This document shows positions 1 to 10,531 of a DNA stretch of 58,143 nucleotides, piece by piece. Both the position numbers and the translations under genes were made by a program. The notes below the pieces were generated by a model that was not told where the DNA came from, ran no database searches, and saw only the letters and a list, made by a program, of their open reading frames with translations. The DNA comes from a bacterium (GTDB lineage: Bacteria; Patescibacteriota; Minisyncoccia; UBA6257; UBA9933), in contig JAUYBE010000016.1 in assembly GCA_030693235.1 (NCBI GenBank), positions 101,917 to 160,059 on the forward strand. Direction: 5' to 3'. The stretch's first letter is position 1. The number at the start of each line of letters is the position of its first letter.

Positions 1-660
1 GTGATAGTTAATTCCCTGCAAAGCCTTTGGTTTGGCGCTATTAATTTTTTGCCGTCTTTAATCGGCGCTTTAATAGTTATTATCATCGGCCTCGTCGTCG
101 CTTCCGGCCTTCGCTCATTGATAGAAAAAGTTGTCGGTGTTTTAAAAATTGATTCGCTTCTCAAAAAAATCGGCCTTTCGCCTTTCTTTGAAAGAGCGCA
201 TCTTCAAATTAACACCGGTAAATTCCTTGGGCTTTTGGTTTACTGGTTTCTGACGATTGTTTTTATTTTGGCCGCCACCGATATTTTGGGGCTTTTCGGA
301 GTTTCTCTGTTCTTGCGCGATATTCTCGCTTACATCCCGAATATTATTATCGCGGTTTTGATAATGTTAGCCGCCGTTGTCTTGGCTAATTTCTCAAAAT
401 CCATAGTTAAGGCTTCTATTATGAGCGCCAAACTTCACGCTTCGAAATTCTTGGGAACTCTGGCTTGGTGGACGATAGTGATTTTCGGTTTTTTGGCCGC
501 CTTAATTCAGCTCGGTATTGCCGTTACTATTCTTAACACATTGATAACGGGCTTGATCGCTATGCTCGCTTTAGCCGGCGGCATTGCTTTTGGTTTGGGC
601 GGTAAAGACTACGCGGCTTATCTTCTGGAAAAATTAAGAAGGGAAACCGAAGAAAAATAG
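1..660 (+). CDS. Conserved TM-helix repeat membrane protein (CmpX/MscS N-terminal-like); possibly 5'-truncated by the window edge
   Basis: Repeated 'FLPSLIGALIVIIIG' / 'YIPNIIIAVLIML' TM-helix units and a C-terminal 'ALAGGIAFGLGGKD' motif. Confidence 0.75.
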   Translation: MIVNSLQSLWFGAINFLPSLIGALIVIIIGLVVASGLRSLIEKVVGVLKIDSLLKKIGLSPFFERAHLQINTGKFLGLLVYWFLTIVFILAATDILGLFGVSLFLRDILAYIPNIIIAVLIMLAAVVLANFSKSIVKASIMSAKLHASKFLGTLAWWTIVIFGFLAALIQLGIAVTILNTLITGLIAMLALAGGIAFGLGGKDYAAYLLEKLRRETEEK

Positions 661-697
661 TATCCGAAAGCCTTATAAATAGGCGCATCCGAATCAC

Positions 698-731
698 AGA
701 AAAACCCTGCCTTCAAAAGCAGGGTTTTTCT
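698..731 (+). terminator. Intrinsic terminator hairpin
   Basis: AGAAAAACCCTGC ... GCAGGGTTTTTCT inverted repeat after the stop codon. Confidence 0.75.
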
Positions 732-749
732 ATTGAAAATTTAAGCAAA

Positions 750-889
750 CCCAGTTAATTCAACTTCAACTTAAAGCTATTTATTTTATTGAATATCTTC
801 AACTAGTTTATTGATTTTATGAAAAAATTTTTAACCGCGGTATGTTTTTCTGAAAAACAGAAAAACATCATTGAAGTTGAATTACTGGG
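750..889. mobile_element. MITE copy 1 (TIR CCCAGT(T)AATTCAACTTCAA, 4-bp TSD CAAA)
   Basis: 19-20-bp terminal inverted repeats; CAAA at 746-749 and 890-893; second copy at 8088-8244. Confidence 0.75.
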
Positions 890-1016
890 CAAAATAGTAT
901 ATTATTAAATCACCGAATAACGAATAGATTACAAATTTACGAATAAATGTTTTTGCTTTGGCAAATCCCCAAAGGACTATTCGTATATTCGCGCAAATTC
1001 GCTATTCGTTGATTTT

Positions 1017-1655
1017 ATGATTATCACTTTTTACGGTGAGGGGTGTTTTAAAATCCAGAGCGGGGATTTTATTGTTTCAACAGACCCGCTTGACGATAAG
1101 ACCGGGATGACAACGCCGCGTTTTAAAAGCGACGTTATTTTAAAAACCCTTACCCCGTTTCCCATAGTCAACAATCAACAGTCAATGGTCAATGGTCAAC
1201 TCATCCACGGTCCGGGCGAATACAACATCAAAGACGTTAATATAACCGGCTTCGCTTTGCCGAAAGAATCTTCGGAAAAATTTTTAAAAACCGTTTATTT
1301 AATGAAAATGGAAGGCATAAATCTTTGCTTTCTCGGACATATTTCGGAAACGCCCGAGCCGGCAATTTTTGAGCATCTGGAAGAAATCGATATTTTGTTT
1401 ATTCCGGCCGGCGGAGAACCGTTTATAAATCAAAAATCAGCAGGGAAAACCGTCAAACAAACAGGGCCGAAAATCGTTATCCCGTCTTTTTATAAAATCC
1501 CGGGTTTGAAAAGAACGGCCGGCGATATTTCAATATTTTTTGAAGAATTTAACGGCGAAAAAACGGAACAAAAAGAAGCGCAAGAAAAATTAGTCATCAA
1601 GAAAAAAGATTTTGCCGGCATTAAAAAAACGGAAATAATGATATTAAAAACATAA
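1017..1655 (+). CDS. MBL-fold metallo-hydrolase (lactamase_B_3-like, degenerate metal motif)
   Basis: 'MIITFYGEGCFKIQ', 'GPGEY', 'LCFLGH', 'IDILFIPAGG', 'PKIVIP' motifs. Confidence 0.75.
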   Translation: MIITFYGEGCFKIQSGDFIVSTDPLDDKTGMTTPRFKSDVILKTLTPFPIVNNQQSMVNGQLIHGPGEYNIKDVNITGFALPKESSEKFLKTVYLMKMEGINLCFLGHISETPEPAIFEHLEEIDILFIPAGGEPFINQKSAGKTVKQTGPKIVIPSFYKIPGLKRTAGDISIFFEEFNGEKTEQKEAQEKLVIKKKDFAGIKKTEIMILKT

Positions 1656-1661
1656 TATTCA

Positions 1662-1958
1662 ATGTTTAAAAAACTAAATAAATTCATTGGGAAAATTCAA
1701 AATTCCGACGAGGCGACTAAAAAACGATGGCTGATTGTTTCAAGCGCCATCGCGATGGTTTTGGTAATCAGCCTTTGGCTGGTTTATATCAACTGGACAA
1801 TCAAAGCAGTCGGCGATAATGTTGGAAAACAAGACATGGAACCGGGATTCTGGCAGATTTTCAAAACCGGATTAAAGGTTGCCGGCGAATCCGCTTGGAA
1901 TGGTGTTAAAAATTCTGTTTCAAAAATAACAGGGGAAAGGATAATTACGATAGAATAA
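1662..1958 (+). CDS. Hypothetical single-pass membrane protein
   Basis: 98-aa ORF with one TM helix, 6 nt after the previous gene. Confidence 0.65.
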   Translation: MFKKLNKFIGKIQNSDEATKKRWLIVSSAIAMVLVISLWLVYINWTIKAVGDNVGKQDMEPGFWQIFKTGLKVAGESAWNGVKNSVSKITGERIITIE

Positions 1959-1965
1959 GCCAAAC

Positions 1966-2077
1966 GTCATTGCGAGCGTTAGCGAAGCAATCCTAACCCT
2001 CTTGCCATTGTGAGCCGAAGGCGAAACAATCCTTATGTATCTATGAGATTGCTTCGGGCTTTGCCCTCGCAATGACA
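1966..2077. repeat. REP/RPE-like palindromic cluster (GTCATTGCGAG...GCAATC / GATTGC...CTCGCAATGAC)
   Basis: Same motif family at 27670, 44188, 44327 and 56625-56755. Confidence 0.75.
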
Positions 2078-2082
2078 TGATT

Positions 2083-4560
2083 ATGGATAAAAATATTAAT
2101 AAAATTGACAAAATAGAAAAAATTGAAAAACGAGAAATATCAGACGAGCTCAAAGAATCATATCTTGATTACGCGATGAGCGTTATTGTTTCCCGCGCCT
2201 TGCCTGATGTCCGAGACGGCTTGAAACCCGTCCATCGCCGGATTTTATGGACTATGTGGGATATGGGGTTAACCCATACCGCCAAATTTATAAAATCGGC
2301 TCGGGTGGTCGGGGATTGTATGGGCAAATACCATCCTCACGGCGATATGGCAATTTATGACTCCTTAGTTAGAATGGCGCAGGATTTTTCTTTAAGATAT
2401 CCATTAATTAAAGGACAAGGAAATTTTGGAAATATAGACGGGGACAGCGCGGCCGCTATGAGATATTCAGAAGCCAAATTGTCAAAAATTTCCGAAGAGC
2501 TTTTATTTGACGTTGAAAAAGAAACCGTTGACTGGAAACCGAATTATGACGCTACCCGCCAGGAACCGAAAGTTATGCCGGCGAGACTCCCTAATCTCTT
2601 GCTTAACGGCTCGTTCGGAATCGCGGTCGGAATGGCAACCGACATTCCTCCTCATAACCTGAACGAAGTCGTTGACGCCTTGGTTTGTTTAATTGACCGA
2701 CCGAAAACCAGCTGTGAAGAATTAACGCAATTTATTCAAGGACCGGATTTTCCGACCGGCGGCATTATTTATGACAAAAAAGCCATTACCGAGGCTTACG
2801 CTTCCGGCAAAGGGCCGATAACCTGCCGCGCCTTGGCGGAAATTGAAGAACGCAAAACCGGTCAATTTAACATCATCGTCACCGAAATCCCCTATCGGGT
2901 CAACAAATCCGAGCTGATAATTAAAATCGCCGAGCTTGTTCAGGATAAAAAAATTGAAGGCATTCGCGACCTTCGCGACGAAAGCGACCGCGAAGGAATG
3001 AGAATCGTCGTTGAATTGAAAAACGACGCCAATCCCCAGAAAATTTTAAACCAGCTTTACAAAAACACCGACCTCCAAAAAGATTTTCATTTAAATATGA
3101 TCGCTTTGATTGATAACGGCATTCAGCCGCAGCTTTTATCATTAAAAGAAATTCTGGAAGCTTATTTGGAACACCGAAAAATCGTAATTGAACGCCGGGC
3201 AAAATTCGATTTGAACAAAGCCAAAGAACGGGCGCATATATTGGAAGGGTTGGTCAAAGCCTTATCTGTCATTGATAAAATTATCAGCACCATCAAGAAA
3301 TCAAAAGACCGGCCGGACGCGCATCAAAATTTAATCAAGAATTTTAAACTAACCGACATCCAAGCCGGCGCGATTTTAGATATGCGGCTTTCCGCCTTGG
3401 CCGCCTTGGAACGCCAAAAAATCGAAGACGAGCTGAAAGAAAAAAGAAAGTTGATTCTTGAACTGGAAATGCTCTTGAAAAGTCCGGCGAAAATCCTTAA
3501 TGTCGTCAAAAACGAACTTTTGGAATTGAAAAAAATTTACGGCGACAAAAGAAAAACAAAAGTGGTCTCCTCAGAACTTAAAGAATTCAAAGAAGAAGAT
3601 TTAATCCCCCAGGAAGAAGTCATTATAAATCTTTCCCGGAGCGGTTATATCAAAAGAGTTTCGCCAAGCGCTATCCGAATCCAACACCGCGGCGGCAAAG
3701 GACTGATCGGCTCTGAGGTCAATGAAGAGGATTTAATCACTCATTTCATCTCCGCCAACACCCATGATAATATTTTATTTTTCACCGACAAAGGCAGAGT
3801 CTTCCAAACTAAGGTCTACGAAATTCCGGCCGGAAGCCGGACCAGCAAAGGCAAACTCGTTCAAAATTTCCTGGAAATTCCAGCTGAAGAAAAAATAAGC
3901 GCTATTATCGCTTACGCAGAACAACGCGGAATAGAACGCGAAACTACGCAGAAAAGTCCGCGTGAGTCCGCGTACTTGGTGATGACTACGAAAAGGGGAA
4001 TAATCAAAAAAACATCCGTTGAGGATTTCGCCAATGTCAGACGAAGCGGTATTATTGCCATTAATCTCCAGAAAGGCGATGAGTTAAAATGGGTCAAACT
4101 TTCTTCGGGAAAAGACGGAGTAATTATAATAACCGCGTTGGGTCAAGCAATCAGATTTAAAGAATCGCAATTGCGGCCGATGGGCCGAACAGCCGCTGGC
4201 GTCAAAGCGATTAGAATTAAAAAGGATGATTTTGTTGCTGGAATTGATATAATAAAGAAAGAGGGAAAATTATTAGTGATAACCGAAAACGGATTCGCCA
4301 AACAAACGCCGCTTAAAAAATATAAAATTCAGAGTCGCGGCGGCTCCGGAATCAAAACCGCCAAAATCACTTCAAAAACCGGCAAAATCGTGGCCGCTCA
4401 AATAATCGCCGATGAAGAAGAATTATTGGCTCTTTCAAATAAAGGCCAAATCATCAAAACCAAAATTTCCGACATCAGAACCGCGGGCCGTGCCACTTCC
4501 GGCGTGCGGGTAATGAGACTGAAAGAAGGAGACAAAGTGGCGGGAATAGTAATTTTATGA
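2083..4560 (+). CDS. gyrA: DNA gyrase subunit A
   Basis: [26 protein letters not shown] catalytic Tyr, GyrA-box QHRGGKG, C-terminal beta-pinwheel repeats; alternative start at 2077. Confidence 0.97.
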   Translation: MDKNINKIDKIEKIEKREISDELKESYLDYAMSVIVSRALPDVRDGLKPVHRRILWTMWDMGLTHTAKFIKSARVVGDCMGKYHPHGDMAIYDSLVRMAQDFSLRYPLIKGQGNFGNIDGDSAAAMRYSEAKLSKISEELLFDVEKETVDWKPNYDATRQEPKVMPARLPNLLLNGSFGIAVGMATDIPPHNLNEVVDALVCLIDRPKTSCEELTQFIQGPDFPTGGIIYDKKAITEAYASGKGPITCRALAEIEERKTGQFNIIVTEIPYRVNKSELIIKIAELVQDKKIEGIRDLRDESDREGMRIVVELKNDANPQKILNQLYKNTDLQKDFHLNMIALIDNGIQPQLLSLKEILEAYLEHRKIVIERRAKFDLNKAKERAHILEGLVKALSVIDKIISTIKKSKDRPDAHQNLIKNFKLTDIQAGAILDMRLSALAALERQKIEDELKEKRKLILELEMLLKSPAKILNVVKNELLELKKIYGDKRKTKVVSSELKEFKEEDLIPQEEVIINLSRSGYIKRVSPSAIRIQHRGGKGLIGSEVNEEDLITHFISANTHDNILFFTDKGRVFQTKVYEIPAGSRTSKGKLVQNFLEIPAEEKISAIIAYAEQRGIERETTQKSPRESAYLVMTTKRGIIKKTSVEDFANVRRSGIIAINLQKGDELKWVKLSSGKDGVIIITALGQAIRFKESQLRPMGRTAAGVKAIRIKKDDFVAGIDIIKKEGKLLVITENGFAKQTPLKKYKIQSRGGSGIKTAKITSKTGKIVAAQIIADEEELLALSNKGQIIKTKISDIRTAGRATSGVRVMRLKEGDKVAGIVIL

Positions 4561-5909
4561 ATTTATCTAAAAATCAAATAATAATTATCGGTATCGCTGG
4601 AATAATTGTCCTGTTTTTTATTTTGCTTTTTCTCGGCGTTATTCCGGGCCTTAAAAAATCCGGCACCGGCGGCAATTTCGGGACTATCGGCGGCGGCAGT
4701 GAAACCGTCGTTAATTTCTGGGGAATCGCGGACAGCGATAACGACGCGAAAGCCATTCGAGCGGTGATTGAAGAATATCAAAAAATAAATAAAGGTGTCA
4801 GAATTGATTTCACGGCGTTTGATAACGCGAAAAATTACGAGAAAACTCTTTTAAACGCTTTTGCAACCGGAAAAGCTCCTGATATTGTCGCTTTCCACAA
4901 CACTTGGCTGACTAAACATTGCGATAAAATTATTCCCATTCCGGAAACCGTTTTTCCCTTAAGCGCTCTCCAACAATTATTTCCCCAAGTCGTTGAACAG
5001 GATTTTGTCCTTCGGCAAACCCATTCGGCAAGCTCAGGGCAAGCTCAAGATAAATCTTTAATTGTCGCTCTGCCTCTTTATATTGACACTTTGGCTCTTC
5101 TTTACAACAAAGACATGTTTGACGCCAAAGCCATTAGCCTTCCGCCGACCACTTGGCAGACTTTTCAAAACTTGGTTCCCTATCTCCGCGAAGTTAATTT
5201 ATTGAATCAAATTACCAAACCAGCTAGCGCTATCGGCGGCTCGGAAAAAAATATTGATAACGCTTCAGATTTGCTGAATCTTTTAATGATGCAATTCGGA
5301 AGCAAAATGATTGATGATTACGGCAAATCAAGTTTTGTCCGTGAAGGTCTTCCTGCTTTGAATTTTTATCTTCAATTCAGCAATCCCAACAGCCCTTATT
5401 ACACTTGGAATGAAAATTTAAGATATTCTTTAAATAGTTTTAGCGACGGCTCAACCGCGATGATTTTCAACTACGCTTCGCGAATTCCTTTAATCAAAGC
5501 CAAGAATCCTTATTTTAATGTCGGCATCGCTCCAATGCCTCAGCCGACCGGAATCAGCCAGCCGCTCAATTACGCCGATTACTGGGGGTTATCAGTTTCC
5601 AACCAAAGCCGGCAATCTGATTTAGCCTGGAATTTCATTCTTTTCGCCAGTGCCAACCCGCAAACAGCCGAGATTTATCTTCAAGCCGCTAAAAAACCGC
5701 CGGCTCTTCGTTCGCTTATCCAAAAATACATCAATGACCCGGAATTGGGAGTTTTCAGTCGACAAGCTCTGACCGCTCGAAGCTGGCGCCAACCGGATAG
5801 CAACGCAATTAAACAAATTTTCTCCAATATAATAGAATCAATTTTAAGCGGGAAAATTAGCCCCCAACAAGGACTGGAACAGGCGGAAAATGAGATAAAT
5901 GGATTATAA
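4557..5909 (+). CDS. Membrane-anchored extracellular solute-binding protein (sugar ABC family 1-like)
   Basis: N-terminal TM anchor; 'APDIV', '[18 protein letters not shown]', 'PPTTW', '[10 protein letters not shown]' motifs. Confidence 0.85.
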   Translation: MNLSKNQIIIIGIAGIIVLFFILLFLGVIPGLKKSGTGGNFGTIGGGSETVVNFWGIADSDNDAKAIRAVIEEYQKINKGVRIDFTAFDNAKNYEKTLLNAFATGKAPDIVAFHNTWLTKHCDKIIPIPETVFPLSALQQLFPQVVEQDFVLRQTHSASSGQAQDKSLIVALPLYIDTLALLYNKDMFDAKAISLPPTTWQTFQNLVPYLREVNLLNQITKPASAIGGSEKNIDNASDLLNLLMMQFGSKMIDDYGKSSFVREGLPALNFYLQFSNPNSPYYTWNENLRYSLNSFSDGSTAMIFNYASRIPLIKAKNPYFNVGIAPMPQPTGISQPLNYADYWGLSVSNQSRQSDLAWNFILFASANPQTAEIYLQAAKKPPALRSLIQKYINDPELGVFSRQALTARSWRQPDSNAIKQIFSNIIESILSGKISPQQGLEQAENEINGL

Positions 5910-6342
5910 AATGTCGCCAAACAGACGCAAAACTAATACGCCAAACAGACGCAAAATATTTAGCGTCGGTTTTGCGTTAGTATTTTTATTTAGCGTCGGT
6001 TTTGCGTTATTGCCAACAGCGCAGGCCGCCTTAGTGCCTTGCGGACCGGGAGTAGGCAAAGCATGCACCTGGAATGATTTTTATGTTTTATTCAAAAGAA
6101 TCATTGATTTTGCGATTTATAATCTTGTCTTTCCGATTTCCGCAGTGATGATTGTGGTTGGCGGTGGCTTTATTATGACTGCTGGTGGTTCAACAAGCCG
6201 GGTTGCCAAAGGCAAAGAAATTCTTACGGCCGCTATTGTCGGTCTTTTAATCGCCTTGCTTAGCTGGTTGATTATTGATACAATAATTAAAATCCTTGCT
6301 CCCGATTTTGAAAGCAAGTTCGGCCCATGGAATCAATTATGA
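5910..6342 (+). CDS. TrbC/VirB2-like (CPR T4SS-type) pilin 1
   Basis: Signal peptide, 'ALVPCG..C', two TM helices with 'GGGFIMTAGGS..V.KGKEIL..AIVGL'; start codon uncertain (5899 or 5911). Confidence 0.8.
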
Positions 6343-6737
6343 AAAAAAATATTTATAAAGGATTATTTATTGTTTTGGCGCTTATTGGCTTGTTCGGTTT
6401 TCTCGCGATTGAAAATCCTGTTTTTGCCGCCGTTGCTCCGTCAACTGAAAGCGCGGCCAGAGAATTAGCCGGACGCTCTAAAATTACAACCCCCAGCCAT
6501 ATTTTAAATATTTTAACCAAAATAGTCCGATACACTTATACGATTTTCTTTATTGTTGCCATCATCTTTATCATTATCGCGGCTTTTAATTTCTTAACCG
6601 CCCAAGGCGATCCGGAAAAAATAAAAGGCGCCCGAGCTCAAATTCTTTGGGCGGTCGTGGCTATCGCTATTGCTTTGATTTCCGTCGGCGCGGCGCAAAT
6701 TATTCAAACATTTATTGACCCAAATATCAGAAATTAA
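6339..6737 (+). CDS. TrbC/VirB2-like pilin 2
   Basis: 'AAFNFLTAQGDPEKIKGARAQILWAVVA' pilin motif. Confidence 0.85.
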   Translation: MKKNIYKGLFIVLALIGLFGFLAIENPVFAAVAPSTESAARELAGRSKITTPSHILNILTKIVRYTYTIFFIVAIIFIIIAAFNFLTAQGDPEKIKGARAQILWAVVAIAIALISVGAAQIIQTFIDPNIRN

Positions 6738-6738
6738 A

Positions 6739-7110
6739 ATGAAGAATTTTATTCTTTTAATCCTAATAATTTTTGTATCTCTGTTTTTTTATAATATCTC
6801 TGCGGCAAGCACAATCGTTCCTGGCACTATCCCCGACGCCGGGGAAATAGGAGTTCAAAATTCGCCAATTACAGAGCCGAATCAATTTTTAGATGTAATC
6901 GCCGGTGTTGTTAAATGGACCTACGCGATTTTCTTTATCATCACCGTAATGTTCGTTCTTTTCGCGGCTTTCAATTATCTGACCGGCGGCGGCGATCCGG
7001 AAAAAATTAAAACAGCCCATAAGCAAATAATGTACGCTGTAATCGCTATCGCTGTCGCTCTTTTGGCGGTCGGATTCAGTTTGATTATTAAACAATTTTT
7101 GGGAACCTAA
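6739..7110 (+). CDS. TrbC/VirB2-like pilin 3
   Basis: 'AAFNYLTGGGDPEKIKTAHKQIMYAVIA'. Confidence 0.85.
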   Translation: MKNFILLILIIFVSLFFYNISAASTIVPGTIPDAGEIGVQNSPITEPNQFLDVIAGVVKWTYAIFFIITVMFVLFAAFNYLTGGGDPEKIKTAHKQIMYAVIAIAVALLAVGFSLIIKQFLGT

Positions 7111-7116
7111 AAGAGA

Positions 7117-7644
7117 ATGAGATTTTTTATAATAATCTTAATTGGTTTTTTATTAATATCCCCTGTTTTAACAAACGCGATTTCGCCTGAATCGGTCACG
7201 CCGGAAAACATAGCCGGCGGGGGCGTAATCAAAGACGTGTCCGCTCCAACTCAGGTTAGAGATGTTTCCGGAATAGTCGGAATAGTGGCAAGCGTAGTCA
7301 AGTGGATTTATATTATTTTCTTTATTATTGCCGTGATGTATGTTCTTTTTGCCGCTTTTGCTTATTTAAGCGAAGGCGATGACGCGGAAAAAATGAAGGC
7401 TGTCCATAATCGAATAAAATACGCCGCCATCGCGATCGCCGTGGCGTTAATGGCGATCGGGCTTGAAATGATTATCAAAAACTTTTTAATAACCGAAGGC
7501 GACGGCAGAGGAGCCAATACGGGAGATTATTGGCGCATAAATCCGGGAGGAAACCTGCCAATAGACACAGACTCTTGGCGTTGGTATCCGTTTCAAAAAG
7601 GAAACCAGCCATCTCCGCCGCCCGTGCTCCCCGAAAGCCTATAA
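7117..7644 (+). CDS. TrbC/VirB2-like pilin 4 with Pro/Trp-rich C-terminal extension
   Basis: 'AAFAYLSEGDDAEKMKAVHNRIKYAAIA' plus a ~50-aa tail. Confidence 0.8.
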   Translation: MRFFIIILIGFLLISPVLTNAISPESVTPENIAGGGVIKDVSAPTQVRDVSGIVGIVASVVKWIYIIFFIIAVMYVLFAAFAYLSEGDDAEKMKAVHNRIKYAAIAIAVALMAIGLEMIIKNFLITEGDGRGANTGDYWRINPGGNLPIDTDSWRWYPFQKGNQPSPPPVLPESL

Positions 7645-7711
7645 AATCTTGACATCATTGAATTAAAAGTTGAAAATTAATAAAAAGGTCGAGTGAAAAT
7701 TACCAATATAT

Positions 7712-8086
7712 ATGAATTTATCTAAAACAAAAATTGCCACCCTGTCGCTGACGGCTTTGGTTATCAGCTTATTGGTTTTCGGAAATGTCGCCATCGGCCA
7801 AGTCGCCAATATTCCGGGAATAGACCGAATCGGACCTTCAACGGTCGGCGGCATAGTTGATATTATCAGACAAGTAGTAAGGTGGGTTTATATCATCTTC
7901 TTTGTTATTGCCGTCTTGCTTATTATTTTTGCGGCTTTCACTTATCTATTTGCCGGTGGAGACCCGGAAAAAGTCACCGAAGCCAAAAATAGGCTTATCT
8001 ACGCCGCCGTGGCTATAGCCGTTGCTTTCTTGGCTGTCGGATTTGAAGCGATAGTCAGAAATTTCTTGACCACGCCGGGCGCGTAA
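7712..8086 (+). CDS. TrbC/VirB2-like pilin 5 (likely major pilin; own upstream TTGACA)
   Basis: 'AAFTYLFAGGDPEKVTEAKNRLIYAAVA'. Confidence 0.85.
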   Translation: MNLSKTKIATLSLTALVISLLVFGNVAIGQVANIPGIDRIGPSTVGGIVDIIRQVVRWVYIIFFVIAVLLIIFAAFTYLFAGGDPEKVTEAKNRLIYAAVAIAVAFLAVGFEAIVRNFLTTPGA

Positions 8087-8087
8087 A

Positions 8088-8244
8088 CCCAGTAATTCAA
8101 CTTCAATGATGTTCTTTTTGTGTTTATGTGTTATTAAGTTCTCAAGACAATAAACATTATATCTGTTATGCTGGTAATTTAATGAGAAGATTAGAAGAAC
8201 ATAAATTAGGCAATTTTTTGCCTTTTGAAGTTGAATTAACTGGG
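8088..8244. mobile_element. MITE copy 2 (opposite orientation, 4-bp TSD TAAA)
   Basis: CCCAGTAATTCAACTTCAA ... TTGAAGTTGAATTAACTGGG; TAAA at 8084-8087 and 8245-8248. Confidence 0.75.
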
Positions 8245-8257
8245 TAAAATTAAATTT

Positions 8258-8297
8258 ATGCTTCGCGTTAATTCTTTTTTAATTAACGCGGGCATAC
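8258..8297 (+). terminator. Hairpin (probable terminator) after pilin 5
   Basis: CGCGTTAATT ... AATTAACGCG inverted repeat. Confidence 0.5.
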
Positions 8298-8357
8298 CCG
8301 ATGTTTGAAATTTCTAATTTCTAATTACTAATTTCTAATTACTTCAAACATTGGGTA

Positions 8358-8719
8358 TGCTTAAAAAAACTAAAAACTTAATTTGGCTGGCGGGATTGAT
8401 GGTTTTGGGAATGGTTTTTTTGAATAATAAAGTTTTGGCGCAACGAGGCCCAATCACTGGCGGCACAAGACTTGATAATCCTTTAGGCACAGACAGTATT
8501 ATTGAAATTATCAGCAACATCCTTGACTGGCTTATTATTTACAGTATTCCAATTTTGGCTTTAATGATATTAATCGGCGGTTTTCAAATTTTAACCGCCA
8601 AAGACAGCCCGGAAAAAATTTCCAGCGGTCGCAAAACAATTATGTACGCTGTTGTTGGTTTTATTATAATTTTGATCTCTAAGGGCATCGCCTTAATTCT
8701 TCTTAATATTATTGGGTAA
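8358..8719 (+). CDS. TrbC/VirB2-like pilin 6
   Basis: 'LDNPLG', 'IGGFQILTAKDSPEKISSGRKTIMYAVVG'; start near 8351-8358. Confidence 0.85.
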
Positions 8720-8724
8720 AAAAT

Positions 8725-8748
8725 ACCGAGCACTAAAAAGTGCTCGGT
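8725..8748. terminator. Bidirectional terminator hairpin
   Basis: ACCGAGCACT AAAA AGTGCTCGGT between convergent genes. Confidence 0.7.
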
Positions 8749-8763
8749 TGTTAATCGCTCGAG

Positions 8764-9213
8764 TTAGCGATTGATGGTTATCGTAGACTCTCCTTCGCCC
8801 CTAATCCAAAGGGTCGCCTCGCTTATATTGCTATTCTTTTGAATAGGCATATACGCGGACTGTCCTTTTTTAAGGATGGGTCCGTTTTTTCCGTCCCATG
8901 TTTTTATCTGACGCCAATCGTCAACGCCAAGAACATCAACATCATAAGCAATAGCATCAAGAGGCAATGCTATTCCCTCCCACCTTTCTGGTCCAATAGG
9001 AATAGTAATTTGTTTAATCCCATCAGGAAAAGTATGGAGAGAAATATAAGGAATTTCCGCCATCCGCGCCGGAGTAACATTCATTTTTGGCGGTTTTTCC
9101 GGCCACACAGCAACAACAACAGAAATAATCATTGCCAATAAAGCAATACTAACAACTGCTATCGCTGTTTTAGCTTTTATGTATTTTTTCGCTTCTTTCA
9201 GTTCTGCCATCAC
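8764..9213 (-). CDS. Hypothetical single-pass membrane protein, translationally coupled to the SPFH gene
   Basis: N-terminal TM helix; GGAGG SD; start overlaps the upstream stop. Confidence 0.65.
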   Translation of the reverse strand: MMAELKEAKKYIKAKTAIAVVSIALLAMIISVVVAVWPEKPPKMNVTPARMAEIPYISLHTFPDGIKQITIPIGPERWEGIALPLDAIAYDVDVLGVDDWRQIKTWDGKNGPILKKGQSAYMPIQKNSNISEATLWIRGEGESTITINR

Positions 9214-10295
9214 TTGCCTCCTTTTTGCTGCGGCGTAATATTCATTAATGGTAATACATTGCCGCCCTCGATTGATATCACTTGCCGTGGCGTTGCAATG
9301 CCCATAAGAACATCTGCCGCATTTGACGCCTTTTCAGCATCCAATCCCTTTGCTATAAGCTCGTCCATTATTTCCAACTTCCATTTCTGCTGCTGTTTTG
9401 CCGCTTCAATTCTTAATCCAATCTGTTTTTTCTGTTCCATTGCTTTTTTTGTCGCTTCGGCAAAATCCACATCAGCAATCCGAAATATAGAAATATTAAT
9501 ACCGTATAGCGCCTCGATCAGAGATTGCTCATCTTCTTCATCTACTATCTCAAGCATTATTTTTACCTTAGGGGCATTTAATTCATAAAAGCGCAGCACA
9601 TCCCATTCTGCCTCTTCTGTCCCGAGGTTTTTTACTGGCAAAATTTTCCATTCTGCTCCTGATAGCTTTGCCAACTTTTCGCTTAATTCCTCCGCTTTCT
9701 TCTCCCCTGCTTTACCCCTATTCTTTAATGCCTCGACACATTTTTGAACCTTTTGGATCCACTTAGACATGGAATCGCCCATTTCAACCGAAATTAAATA
9801 TCCTTCTTCATTCCAGCCAAAATTCAAGTGCAGATGAGGTGGCCTCTCCAAACGAAAGATGCTATTAATTAAAACCTCTAACTGCGGTCTTTCGCTAATG
9901 AAAACTTGAGAATCTTTCGCTCCCGCAATTTTGCCAATTTCAGACTTTATAGCATCTTTAAGTCCGACAAGGATGGTGTTTTCAGGAATCTCAACAAACC
10001 TTCTAAGATTTTTAAAATCGGGCCGCCACTGAATTGATCCTTTTAATGATGTTGCTTGACGATCTTTTGAAAATACCTCCGCTTCCAGTGGGTCTGTCCT
10101 TAATTCATACGAATAAATTAAGGCTTTTTCAATAAAGGGCCAGATGAAATTTAGGCCTTCATTCAAAAATCTCCCTGTTCTTTCATTAAAGCGCACAACG
10201 ACTCCGTAATGAGCAGTCGGTATGCTAATTGCGGCGCTTAATAAAAACACAGCCGCACCAACAAGAATTCCTAAAACAAATATTACTATCTCCAT
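9210..10295 (-). CDS. SPFH/Band 7/prohibitin-domain membrane protein
   Basis: TM helix then 'HYGVVVRFNERTGRFLNEGLNFIWPFIE', C-terminal coiled coil; GGAGG SD. Confidence 0.8.
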   Translation of the reverse strand: MEIVIFVLGILVGAAVFLLSAAISIPTAHYGVVVRFNERTGRFLNEGLNFIWPFIEKALIYSYELRTDPLEAEVFSKDRQATSLKGSIQWRPDFKNLRRFVEIPENTILVGLKDAIKSEIGKIAGAKDSQVFISERPQLEVLINSIFRLERPPHLHLNFGWNEEGYLISVEMGDSMSKWIQKVQKCVEALKNRGKAGEKKAEELSEKLAKLSGAEWKILPVKNLGTEEAEWDVLRFYELNAPKVKIMLEIVDEEDEQSLIEALYGINISIFRIADVDFAEATKKAMEQKKQIGLRIEAAKQQQKWKLEIMDELIAKGLDAEKASNAADVLMGIATPRQVISIEGGNVLPLMNITPQQKGGK

Positions 10296-10438
10296 TTCTT
10301 CCTCCTCCGGCCATCGGCCAATTTAAAGTTGTTTTTTCCTTTCAATCCTTATAAAATTGTCAAAGGGCTTAATTTCCGAATAGGAAACCTATTCTTGAAA
10401 CTGCCTTTAAAATAGCATACAATTTTAAAAAAGTCAAG
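10296..10438 (-). repeat. Duplicated promoter/leader module, copy 1
   Basis: Near-identical to 10892-11053: TTGACT-17-TATTTT, GCCCTTTGACAA, GGCC hairpin, GGAGG. Confidence 0.8.
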
Positions 10439-10531
10439 GTCTGATTTTATGGGCTAAAACTGGATAAAAAAGAGCCCCATAAACAAAACAGTCTAATGGT
10501 GCTCTTGGGTAATAAGGGTTTTAAAACCTAA

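Noticed and set aside
7430-7460. Additional CGATCG hexamers inside coding regions (also ~22004, 30170, 31489, 46762)
   Set aside because: They lack the 10-bp inverted outer arms of the 38-bp family.
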